Positions 1 to 9,918 of a stretch of DNA of 64,000 nucleotides are shown piece after piece. A program made the position numbers and the translations under genes. The stretch is taken from the NCBI GenBank assembly GCA_977862235.1, contig OZ374558.1, positions 1 through 64,000 of the forward strand, given 5' to 3'. Numbering within the stretch: position 1 is the stretch's first letter; each line of letters begins with the position of its first letter. Under the pieces are notes generated by a model, which saw nothing but the letters and a program-made list of their open reading frames with translations, was not told where the DNA came from and searched no databases. The DNA comes from Dudresnaya verticillata (taxonomy: Eukaryota).

Positions 1-1516
1 AAACCCCTAAACCTAAACCCCTAAACCCCTAAACCCCTAAACCCCTAAACCCCTAAAAAACCCCTAAACCCCTAAACCCCTAAAACCCCTAAACCCCTAA
101 ACCCCTAAACCCCTAAACCCCTAAACCCCTAAACCCCTAAACCCCTAAAACCCCTAAACCCCTAAAACCCCTAAACCCCTAAACCCCTAAACCCCTAAAC
201 CCCTAAACCCCTAAACCCCTAAACCCCTAAAACCCCTAAACCCCTAAACCCCTAAACCCCTAAACCCCTAAACCCCTAAACCCCTAAACCCCTAAACCCC
301 TAAACCCCTAAAACCCCTAAACCCCTAAACCCCTAAACCCCTAAACCCCTAAACCCCTAAACCCCTAAACCCCTAAACCCCTAAACCCCTAAACCCCTAA
401 ACCCCTAAACCCCTAAACCCCTAAACCCCTAAACCCCTAAACCCCTAAACCCCTAAACCCCTAAACCCCTAAACCCCTAAACCCCTAAACCCCTAAACCC
501 CTAAACCCCTAAACCCCTAAACCCCTAAACCCCTAAACCCCTAAACCCCTAAACCCCTAAACCCCTAAACCCCTAAACCCCTAAACCCCTAAACCCCTAA
601 ACCCCTAAACCCCTAAACCCCTAAACCCCTAAACCCCTAAACCCCTAAACCCCTAAACCCCTAAACCCCTAAACCCCTAAACCCCTAAACCCCTAAACCC
701 CTAAACCCCTAAACCCCTAAACCCCTAAACCCCTAAACCCCTAAACCCCTAAACCCCTAAACCCCTAAAACCCCTAAACCCCTAAACCCCTAAACCCCTA
801 AAACCCCTAAACCCCTAAACCCCTAAACCCCTAAACCCCTAAACCCCTAAAACCCCTAAACCCCTAAACCCCTAAACCCCTAAAACCCCTAAAACCCCTA
901 AACCCCTAAACCCCTAAACCCCTAAACCCCTAAACCCCTAAACCCCTAAACCCCTAAACCCCTAAACCCCTAAACCCCTAAACCCCTAAACCCCTAAACC
1001 CCTAAAACCCCTAAAGCCCTAAACCCCTAAAACCCCTAAAACCCCTAAAACCCCTAAAACCCCTAAACCCCTAAACCCCTAAACCCCTAAACCCCTAAAC
1101 CCCTAAAACCCCTAAACCCCTAAACCCCTAAACCCCTAAACCCCTAAACCCCTAAACCCCTAAACCCCTAAACCCCTAAACCCCTAAACCCCTAAACCCC
1201 TAAACCCCTAAACCCCTAAACCCCTAAAACCCCTAAACCCCTAAACCCCTAAACCCCTAAACCCCTAAAACCCCTAAACCCCTAAACCCCTAAACCCCTA
1301 AACCCCTAAACCCCTAAAACCCCTAAACCCCTAAACCCCTAAACCCCTAAACCCCTAAAGCCCTAAAACCCCTAAAACCCCTAAACCCCTAAACCCCTAA
1401 AACCCCTAAAACCCCTAAACCCCTAAACCCCTAAACCCCTAAACCCCTAAACCCCTAAAACCCCTAAACCCCTAAAACCCCTAAACCCCTAAACCCCTAA
1501 AACCCCTAAAACCCTA
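1..1516. repeat. Telomeric repeat array (CCCCTAAA)n, G-strand TTTAGGGG, with 9-mer CCCCTAAAA and rare GCCCTAAA variants
   Basis: Near-perfect tandem 8-mer from base 1, with the C-rich strand on + as expected for a left chromosome end. Variant units are denser toward the proximal end. Confidence 0.98.
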
Positions 1517-1790
1517 GTACGGTGCTCTCCAGTCGAATGCCGTCCCAGCTCCACATACTCTACACCCTCAAACCAGAGAGCACTGTAATTATACGGTCCT
1601 ATCCGCTCCAACGCGTTCCCAACTCTACATACTCTACACTCTTCAACCGGATAGCACCGTAATTATACGGTGCTATCCGATCCAACACCGCCCTAGCTCT
1701 ACATACTCTACACTCCTCCACCGGATAGCACCGTAATTATACGGTGCTATCCGCTCCAACGCCGCCCCCGCTCTACGCACTGCACCCTCC
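1517..1790. repeat. Subtelomeric 74-bp tandem repeat (~3.7 units), each containing the 32-bp palindrome CGGATAGCACCGTA-ATTA-TACGGTGCTATCCG
   Basis: TACGGT right arms start at 1518, 1592, 1666 and 1740 (period 74). Copies at 1648-1679 and 1722-1753 have perfect 14-bp inverted arms. Confidence 0.95.
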
Positions 1791-2440
1791 TAGGCTCTTC
1801 TTCACTTCAAGACGCTTCTACAACAGTTCAAGATACAACGGAAGTCATCTTAAGTTTACAAGGGCTTCCGGTTCACCCGTACGCTAATCTCGAGGACGTG
1901 GAGACATGGCAACCAGCAACCCTCGTAAATTTACGGTGGCTTCCGGACTAGCCCGATCTTCATCTACAAAAATACATTCAGGTAAGCTTCCGACTCTCTC
2001 CCCGCTAACACACGCATTCAACGATAATTCTCGAGCGATTGCGTTGCGCATATTACTGACATATTCTCGCACACAGTCCGCTTCTCTACACGATATTCAC
2101 GTCCCTTTCACTAGCAGTAAATTTCTCCCACGCCTTGACCTGCATTACTGCGATGTTGTTTCCTGATTTATTCTGAGCTCAACTATACTTCCATTGCTTA
2201 CCAATCTCCACACCGCATGCACTACAAATCAAACACTTCCACAGCATACCGAGAGAACTCAAGAATTCCTGGGCACCAACCAGGCTTGTCCAACACAAGC
2301 TCCTCACAGAAAGCCTTCAAACTTGAGCATCTCCTGAAACGTCGCATCCCACGATGCGCAAGCAGTTCCGTGCGCCTCTCCTCGTGGCTCCAAAAAGCCA
2401 TCGCTAGCTGTACGGGTCTGAAGAACGGGCAAGGTTCCGA

Positions 2441-5400
2441 CTACCCATACTCGTTCTGTCCTCGCCTCGGACTGCCGCTCCCTACATGGAGCTTCTTCGA
2501 ACCAATCGTTCGAATCGAGCACTCCGAACAACCAGCGCTGAACACACCGCCGCGTGCCTTCCAAGGCCGTACAGTGTACTGGGCTGCATCATGCCCCCCG
2601 GACATGCACCGTATACACTGCCGAAAATAGCAGCTACTCGAATGCTGGCTGTTCCGGAAGGCACGGATTGACACCTTGTCACCGGGCCTCGTACGACCAA
2701 AGCAACGCGGGCACACACCAGCCAGCTTGACGGCAAGATCCCGCAGTTCTTCAACTGCTTCGCCTGCTCCACTCGCCGTACGAACTGCAGCCACCGCGCT
2801 ATCCTCCGGGGTGCACTGCACAGTTTCTTCCGTCTGTCTCTGTCTCCCTGTATTTGCCGTTTGCTCGGTTATTCCACCACCAACCTCATGCAAACTCCTT
2901 GCTGGACGTAAGGACGGGCTCTGCTGTGAAGAACCGGTGTCATCAGATGACGACTCGTCCAATTCGTCATTTTTCGGCGATTCCGCTGCTTCCACTACCG
3001 GAGAAAACCTAGCGCAGTAATCACAACACCGAATGTAAGATTCCGTCCTCTCCCACACACGTTGTCTGCAATCCGAAGGCTCCTCAGGGCATCCCAAATA
3101 CTGCTCAAGTTCCTTGACACGACACTTTCTCGTGTCCTCGGCCCACCGTTGAAACCGTTTCAAGGCGATCAGTGACTCCGTGTCCTTCACGTTGGCGCGG
3201 TCAGCATACTCATGATGGTACAGTACACTAACGCTCCCTGGTTTCCCATCCCGACCAACACGCCCACCCACTTGATACAGCTCCATTAGCGATCGGCTGC
3301 TCCCAACAATTATGGTCTGAGCCACGTCGGGGGCATCGATACCTGTACCAAATCCTTCCGTGGCCACCATTACACACACGGAGCGCTGTGCTGCCCCGTT
3401 TCGGCCCCATTCGGCCACACTGTTCCGCCGTGCTTCAACACTCATTCCACTGTGATACTTACATATTATAATATGCGCTGTTCCCGAGAACATTCTGCTC
3501 CGCTCGAGAAGTTCATGAGCTTGATCAGCCTCGCCCTTCGTAAGCACACACACGAGAACTTTGCCGCCACCACGCACAATAAACGCTTCACTCACTGCAT
3601 GGGTGACAGCGTGTCTGATACAGTGCCCCACTTCCTCGTCAGTCGTTTTCGAAAGCCGCTCCACGGTATACATTATGTTGTCCCGACGGAGGCTGCCACG
3701 AATCACCTTCGTATTCCCGACCACGGCTCCGTTACCAGCTATTATACGGTTCTCCAAATGTGGCGGTGCAGTGGCCGTCATCATAATGATCGGTACCTGG
3801 ACACCATCCGGCCTTGCGTGCCGCATGCGTAACATACAGTTGCGATAGTGGGCACTCAGAACAACGATGTGAGCCTCATCAACAACAACACGCATCAACT
3901 TCCCTTCTCCGTACAGTTTCCTCAGCACCGAATTATACTTTCGACAGGACACGATCTCAGGAGACGCAAGGATTATACCTCTCGGCATCAAGCGCTTCTC
4001 AACCTCGTTGTTGTCCAAGTCTTCAATATCGACAACGGGCAGCCTGATATCATCACATCGCAACTTGGTCTCCTCCCGTAGTGATCGAAGGGGGCATATA
4101 AAAATAGTCACTCCTTGTTCACTTGAAGCGGGCCCAGAAACAACCGCGGTTTTCCCACCTCCTGTCCTCAGCACGATTAATGCGTCACTCTCTTTGCGCA
4201 ATACAAGTTCCATTGCCAGCTTCTGTTCTTCGCTTTTGGACTCGGCATCACGGTCCCCTACAGCGTGCGCAAGGCATTCCTGTACACGCCGTGCAATTGA
4301 AGCCTCACGCTCTGCTTTGCGAGCTTCGACTGTACGGTTATCCTTATCAGAGCGGCGACGTGCTGCATCTGACATGAGTTCATCACCCAATCCTATAATA
4401 TTATCGCTTTCCCTCTTCTCGGTGTGCCGCTTTTCGTCCTCGTAAACCTTCTTTCTCTGCTCCGATTCCGAGATTGTCGCCAAACACTTCCTTAATAGAT
4501 CAGCCATCTCTTCTCGACTCATCTCAGAAACATCGCACCCATCCAGTCGGAGACCATGCCCATTGCCGTCCAACACCCCGGCGCTCCCACTTTCCGCACC
4601 TTTGCTCTCTTCCCCTTCATTCAACGCCTCCTGTCCTTGAAGCTTCTGCTTGCGTGCACGTGGGAGTACGGCTCCAGCCAGGTATCCCGACATCGCTCTT
4701 TTCACACCCTTTCCGCCACCTCCAGTTCCCAATCTGGGACCACTGGGTCCATCAGCGCTCTCTACATCCCTTCCTTGCTCCTGCGACTCTCTTTCCTCTC
4801 CGATTCCCTTTTCTGGAGGCGGCCATACTTCTACGGCGTCTTCAACTTCGCTTGCTTGTCCCGCCGAATCACAATGTTTAGAAATCGGAAGGCACCGTAA
4901 TCCTACGGTGCCATCCGGTTCGGAGGTTTGTCTGGGAACATCCACGGCCGGACCGCACCGTAATCCTACGGCGCTCTCCGGTTTGGAGGCTTGCCTTGAA
5001 AAATCCACAGGCGAACAGCACCGTAACCCTCCGGTACTCTCCGGCTCTGATGCATCTCTCGGAACAGCTGAATTTTCCGGAAGCGGCCGTAAAATTACGG
5101 CGCTCTCCGGTTTCGACACGCTTCCTGTCCCGCTTCCGCTAGAGAAGAGTCTGCGTTTGACACCCGAAACGGCTCGCGCCTGCACAACCCGACTCAATCG
5201 GGAACGCCCTTCTCCTTCTTCATCGCCACCCTGGAGTTTGTTCCAATCAAAGTTCTTGTCCAAGCCGCAATCTGCGAGCCAGCAGTCAGATACTTGCTTG
5301 AGCTGCTTCATGTTCCGATCATCTACCTCACCGCCACCGGCAATGTTCGGTGCGCAAGCTCCATACAGAGTTCTCGCGATATGCACAGAGTGTGCTCCCT

Positions 5401-7906
5401 GCACCTGCATCACACTTCCAAGGTCTCTACTATTCAGCGCAGCAGCATCCGAATCTCCCTTGTTGAAACCATTCAATATCTTCACGACGTAACGGAACTT
5501 CTCGTCCGTATTGGCCTTGTCGGTCGCATATCCACCAAACCACTGTCGATGTTTCTCCGCCCCATATTCTTCAGGCAGACCAAAACTCTTCCACATGTTC
5601 CCCGCGAGCTGCAGGCACCCCGATCGTGCACTAGCCGTTGGCATGAGATAGTCCATTGCCCCATCTTCGTCGACCGCGGCCGCACGCCCTGACTCCCTGT
5701 TACTGACAAGTCGGGACAACGCTAGCCTGAACTCCATCCCAACGAGAATCGCCAATTTGACCAGGTTGCTCGTAACGACATCAGGATGCTTGCTAATGAC
5801 ACGCATTCTCCCCCTCTTCATGTTCCTTGTCTTGTCGTAACTTGGAATTACAGCAACTCGGGGGCCACCCGGGAGTTGAATCCCACGTGGTCCGCTGACC
5901 GTATTTCTCACGGCCAAGAACCCAAGCTCCGGACCGCGACAGACATTACCACCCGCCAGATGCAAACAGGCTACCATGAGTACATGGAACTTCCTTAGTT
6001 TCGATAGCATCGCCCTTGCGCGTTTCTCGAATGCTCGTTCGTCTAATGAATCCATCTTTCTCACCGCAGAATCGACGAGATCGCGGCATTCTCTGACAAT
6101 CTCAGCATTCCGCTCATCTTCCATGAATCCATACGGAATGTCTTCTTTCCTGGTGTCGTCTACCATATTCGAGAGGCGTTTCTGAAAGTCCTTTGGCAGT
6201 TCTACCCCGCAGAGAATACCAGTTGGGTCGAACATTAGGGTCACCGCCTCCTTTTGCATCTTCTTCACACAAATACCAATTTCATCAGGGCTCATGTGAA
6301 GCCCCTCCACGTACCCGCAGCACTTGCCCACGTGCTCAGGATCGTCACATGGAAGCCATGTGTTCCTGGAGTACTCTTCATTCCGAAACCGTCGAGCCTG
6401 CAAGCAAAGGGACTGGAGAAAATGTATCCCTAAACTCCCACCGGCTTGATGCCTCAACTCCACCCTGGCCAACTCCTCATCACAAGTACCCTCCTTCTCA
6501 ACGCTACATATGTCGATGAAAGCGCAGCAAGAACTCGCATAGGCGAGTGCAGCAAGAAATGGAGACAGATCCCGGCCCTCAGAAAATGTAACCCCCCCTC
6601 CCGCACGCTTCACACAAAGACAGGTTGTTAGGACGTGAGCAGCACAGAAGTGGCTGCCTTCATCCACGCTCACCCTTTCATACAACAAAGCTCTCAGCAA
6701 AGCGTGCATCGCCACTATACTTTCGGACGGTCCCGTCGGACAGCGCCGTATTTTTACGGCGCCTTCCGGTTCTTCCTGAGTCTCTTCACGATACACCTCC
6801 ATCACCTTCTCACAGGCAGAGCGTAATTCTTCACTGGCGATGAGCTCCTCACCTTCCCGAGACGCATTAATCATGCGTAGAAGTGCTAACGCTCCACGAG
6901 ACACGAAGGAGGCATACCTCTTCTCGGACTGCCTCTCTACCCAGGCAAACTCGACCTTTTGGCTCCCCGTCGCACCAGGAGGTGCTCGAACAGCGAACAT
7001 TACCCTGGACATCGTCATATTGGGCCTCTGTGAGCAGCAACGGCCATGCTGGAATACGGAAAGAACGGCTTCTGTCAGCCACTTCTTCAGCTCGACTTCA
7101 TCTTGGTCAAAAACCTTCTCTCCGCGGCAGGCATCTCCGCTCAACCTGGAAGCCTCCTCCATGCTGAGATGCAGCTGCTCGAGCTTCAAATCTGGCCTCG
7201 TGCAACTTGCAAAACGACCCATTCTCCTCACGTCCTTCTCTTCCGGCTCTTCTACCTTCATCCTTCCTTTCCTGGCCTCGCTCAATTCCTGCAATAGAAG
7301 CTGGACATGAGATGAACCTTCCCCGCTTGCCCGGGCTTCTCCATTCCCGGTACACTCCGCTGCTCCGCCATCCTTTAGTAGAAACGGATTTCCTGTGCCA
7401 GTTCCCTTAAACAGCTTCTGGCACTTTACACCTCCGAGGCCCTTGATCTCCGCAAGACTTATGGACTTTCCAGAAGAGTTATGTTCGGCGTCATAATGTT
7501 TCTTCAACGATGGAGAAGACAAAGACAAGAACGAACATTGAGGGCAAGGAATGCACTCCATAACTCTTAAAAATGGAATCCTGCGCACGGCTCTTCGAGA
7601 AGAGCTTCGAACTGAGCTCCCAATGTACACATGGTAATCCTCTTCAGAAGCCGTGCGCACACAGGCCCTCTTGACGGTATCCCACGACTTGTACACTTCC
7701 TTCGATTCGATGCGGGTGACCCGTTTCCACGGCTGACACTTCTGCAAATGCCTGAAGAGATTGTCCTGTCCTTGCACACCGAAGAATACGGCATGCTGGC
7801 ATACGACGCACAGAAGCTCCGCGACCTCCGGAATAAGACGTAAGCCATATTCCTCGAGCTTCAACTCCGACTCCTGGACCCCATCACCTCCGTTAAGACC
7901 GTTCAT
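2441..7906 (-). CDS. Telomere-linked RecQ-family helicase (TLH-like), 1821 aa, with N-terminal Zn fingers, central tyrosine-recombinase-like domain and C-terminal Cys-rich Zn motifs
   Basis: SF2/RecQ motifs: LRTGGGKT (I), VVVDEAH (II), MTAT (III), YHSGM, VATEGFGTGID (V), QVGGRVGRDG (VI) and an RQC-like CR...C...CCDYC. N-terminus has CxxC..H motifs (LCVVCQH, CPQC..KKHYDAEH). The central GGNVCRGPEL..RNT / SYDKT / KHRQW / QGAHS..RTLY pattern resembles the N-terminal region of fungal TLHs. Transcribed toward the telomere. Confidence 0.9.
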   Translation of the reverse strand: MNGLNGGDGVQESELKLEEYGLRLIPEVAELLCVVCQHAVFFGVQGQDNLFRHLQKCQPWKRVTRIESKEVYKSWDTVKRACVRTASEEDYHVYIGSSVRSSSRRAVRRIPFLRVMECIPCPQCSFLSLSSPSLKKHYDAEHNSSGKSISLAEIKGLGGVKCQKLFKGTGTGNPFLLKDGGAAECTGNGEARASGEGSSHVQLLLQELSEARKGRMKVEEPEEKDVRRMGRFASCTRPDLKLEQLHLSMEEASRLSGDACRGEKVFDQDEVELKKWLTEAVLSVFQHGRCCSQRPNMTMSRVMFAVRAPPGATGSQKVEFAWVERQSEKRYASFVSRGALALLRMINASREGEELIASEELRSACEKVMEVYREETQEEPEGAVKIRRCPTGPSESIVAMHALLRALLYERVSVDEGSHFCAAHVLTTCLCVKRAGGGVTFSEGRDLSPFLAALAYASSCCAFIDICSVEKEGTCDEELARVELRHQAGGSLGIHFLQSLCLQARRFRNEEYSRNTWLPCDDPEHVGKCCGYVEGLHMSPDEIGICVKKMQKEAVTLMFDPTGILCGVELPKDFQKRLSNMVDDTRKEDIPYGFMEDERNAEIVRECRDLVDSAVRKMDSLDERAFEKRARAMLSKLRKFHVLMVACLHLAGGNVCRGPELGFLAVRNTVSGPRGIQLPGGPRVAVIPSYDKTRNMKRGRMRVISKHPDVVTSNLVKLAILVGMEFRLALSRLVSNRESGRAAAVDEDGAMDYLMPTASARSGCLQLAGNMWKSFGLPEEYGAEKHRQWFGGYATDKANTDEKFRYVVKILNGFNKGDSDAAALNSRDLGSVMQVQGAHSVHIARTLYGACAPNIAGGGEVDDRNMKQLKQVSDCWLADCGLDKNFDWNKLQGGDEEGEGRSRLSRVVQARAVSGVKRRLFSSGSGTGSVSKPESAVILRPLPENSAVPRDASEPESTGGLRCCSPVDFSRQASKPESAVGLRCGPAVDVPRQTSEPDGTVGLRCLPISKHCDSAGQASEVEDAVEVWPPPEKGIGEERESQEQGRDVESADGPSGPRLGTGGGGKGVKRAMSGYLAGAVLPRARKQKLQGQEALNEGEESKGAESGSAGVLDGNGHGLRLDGCDVSEMSREEMADLLRKCLATISESEQRKKVYEDEKRHTEKRESDNIIGLGDELMSDAARRRSDKDNRTVEARKAEREASIARRVQECLAHAVGDRDAESKSEEQKLAMELVLRKESDALIVLRTGGGKTAVVSGPASSEQGVTIFICPLRSLREETKLRCDDIRLPVVDIEDLDNNEVEKRLMPRGIILASPEIVSCRKYNSVLRKLYGEGKLMRVVVDEAHIVVLSAHYRNCMLRMRHARPDGVQVPIIMMTATAPPHLENRIIAGNGAVVGNTKVIRGSLRRDNIMYTVERLSKTTDEEVGHCIRHAVTHAVSEAFIVRGGGKVLVCVLTKGEADQAHELLERSRMFSGTAHIIICKYHSGMSVEARRNSVAEWGRNGAAQRSVCVMVATEGFGTGIDAPDVAQTIIVGSSRSLMELYQVGGRVGRDGKPGSVSVLYHHEYADRANVKDTESLIALKRFQRWAEDTRKCRVKELEQYLGCPEEPSDCRQRVWERTESYIRCCDYCARFSPVVEAAESPKNDELDESSSDDTGSSQQSPSLRPARSLHEVGGGITEQTANTGRQRQTEETVQCTPEDSAVAAVRTASGAGEAVEELRDLAVKLAGVCPRCFGRTRPGDKVSIRAFRNSQHSSSCYFRQCIRCMSGGHDAAQYTVRPWKARGGVFSAGCSECSIRTIGSKKLHVGSGSPRRGQNEYG
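4886..5109. repeat. Four in-frame 63-66 bp repeats inside the helicase CDS, each built on the 32-bp palindrome
   Basis: Palindromes at 4886-4917, 4949-4980, 5012-5043 and 5078-5109 encode the peptides PDGTVGLRC, PESAVGLRC, PESTGGLRC and PESAVILRP. Confidence 0.85.
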
Positions 7907-8001
7907 TCCGCGCAGAGCTCCGCAATTGCACTACTTTCGATCTGAAACAAGTGGAACATGGGAATTTCAAGTCAGTATACAATAATTTCTAAACGGCAAA
8001 C

Positions 8002-8176
8002 CGGACAGCACCGTAATATTACGGTGTTATCCGATTCACAGTCGCTTTCGTTTTTGCTGTCCGATAAGCTTCCGATTCGGATGCCACCGTAACTTCACAC
8101 TGCGACTGTCAATCGGATAGCACCGTAATATTACGGTGCTGTCCGACTTGGAAACGACCGTATACGGCCGTTCCCG
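8002..8176. promoter_or_regulatory. Palindrome cluster just upstream of the helicase start: 44-bp inverted repeat (8002-8045 / 8102-8145), half-site at ~8078, further palindrome at 8151-8176
   Basis: CGGACAGCACCGTAATATTACGGTGTTATCCGATTCACAGTCGC is the near-exact reverse complement of 8102-8145. It lies ~100 bp from the ATG at 7906. The regulatory role is inferred. Confidence 0.55.
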
Positions 8177-8298
8177 TTGACACCGCCACTCGAATCACTC
8201 CGAACAATTGTGTAAGCGGTACCAAAAGAAATTTGCAATTACATACCGTTAATTGAAACCGAAGAGAAGTAATTAACTCAATTGCTTCGCCGCGGTGG

Positions 8299-8316
8299 GT
8301 CGTCGTCGTCGTCGTT

Positions 8317-8366
<50 letters not shown>

Positions 8367-8378
8367 CGTCGTCGTCGC
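8299..8378. repeat. (CGT/CGC)n trinucleotide microsatellite
   Basis: Direct inspection. Confidence 0.95.
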
Positions 8379-9017
8379 CCTCGTGGATCCTTCAGAGGCA
8401 ACGCTGAATCGCCTGTCGCCTGCAGAAGTCTACGTGTTAGCGCGCTTCTTGTAGAGAGAGAATTGTCGGAGACCGTCGCAAGACGTTGCCGTAGTCCGGT
8501 TCGCAATCGCGCACGCCACACTCAACTTTCCTCGGAGTGCGCAATGGGTGAGGGGAGGGGGCGGGTGATCGGTGGAACTGCGTCACTTCGAGTAGATATT
8601 GGAACGGTCATCTGGCCTTATTGGCGGGAATACTGTTTCGGTTCTGTCGGCGTTGATGATGTGTATTCCGTAACGGCTCCTCTCGTCAGATCTGAGATCC
8701 AAAGCTGTTTATTCTCACGAGACATTGCACCGTTCCCCTTGTAACGCCGACCGCGTCGAAGCTCCGGACATTGCACCGTTCTCCTTGCAACGCCGACGGC
8801 GTCGATGCTCCGGATTGACGAACAGAATGCTCACGGATCCGATCCGTGATCCAAAGCCGGATCTGATCTTGACTGTCTTCAGAGCCGTTTGGCATTGTGA
8901 AAGCCGTTGTAGTTCTACAACGGAAGCCGCCGGGAAGGACCGTATTTATACGGCGCCATCCGGACTTTACCTGCTAACGACTCATCCTTCCATCCAGAGC
9001 CGGGTTATTTTAGTATT

Positions 9018-9235
9018 GGTCCCCTTTCCCATTCATCGGTCCCCTTTCCTTTTCCATCGGTCCCCTTTCCTTTTCCATCGGTCCCCTTTCCTTTTCCATC
9101 GGTCCCCTTTCCTTTTCCATCGGTCCCCTTTCCTTTTCCATCAGTCCCCTTTCCCATTCTATCGGTCCCCTTTCCCATTCTATCGGTCCCCTTTCCCATT
9201 CTATCCGTTCTCTTTCCCATTCTATCCGTCCCCCT
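9018..9235. repeat. 21-bp pyrimidine-rich minisatellite (GGTCCCCTTTCCTTTTCCATC-like, ~10 units)
   Basis: Direct tandem units; a related shorter array (ATTCCATTGGGCCCTTTCCY) lies at ~9530-9605. Confidence 0.9.
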
Positions 9236-9918
9236 CCCTACTCCTTCGCACCGGCCACTTTCCCATACATTCGGTTCCCTTTCGCACCGTATCCCGTTCG
9301 GTTCGATCCCGCTGCTCGCGCACCTTTCCATATACTGCAGCATCTCATCTAGCGAGGTATTTGGTCTCTTCACTCGTTTGTTTACACACTATGGCTTTTT
9401 GAATAGCGTGCTGGTACTCCAACCGTTCCCGGAATCCGGCGGATGGCACTGTACTTCTACGGTGCCATCCGGACTCCACCTGCTGACGACTCACCTTCTA
9501 TCCCTTTAACCTGATTCTTTTAGCCTTGTTCCCCTTTCACATTCCATTGGGCCCTTTCCTATTCCATTGGGCCCTTTCCCATTCCATTGGGCCCTTTCCT
9601 ATTCCTTATCTCCCGTCCCTTTCCTGTTCCGCTAACCCCTTTCCTACTCAATTTAATCTCTTTACTTGCATGCTCTATACTTAGATCCTGACACCAACCT
9701 CTGACAGGAAGGTCGAACAGGCTTTTCCATCGTCGCCATTCTCCTCGTCTCTGGCATTCCAATAAACCGGAATTTCAGTTATATCAGGGGCTTTACTTTC
9801 CTATTCCATCCGGGAATCTATTTAGGACTATTCATATATTCCTTGCCCGCTATGTCGCGGCACTATCCATGTTGGTGAGGTTTTGTCTATTCAACATGGT
9901 TTTGTTAATCCTGGAAGG

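Noticed and set aside
1517..1790. Palindromic repeats with regular spacing resembling a CRISPR array
   Set aside because: The intervening sequences are homologous to each other (a 74-bp tandem repeat), the context is a eukaryotic telomere, and there are no cas genes.
4650..5492. 280-aa + strand ORF inside the helicase gene
   Set aside because: Antisense shadow of a GC-rich, palindromic low-complexity linker.
8273..8744. Poly-Arg ORFs on both strands
   Set aside because: Translation artefact of the (CGT)n microsatellite.
8725..9402. ORFs with FHRSPFL / GKGTDGK repeats
   Set aside because: Produced by the 21-bp minisatellite; no other coding evidence.
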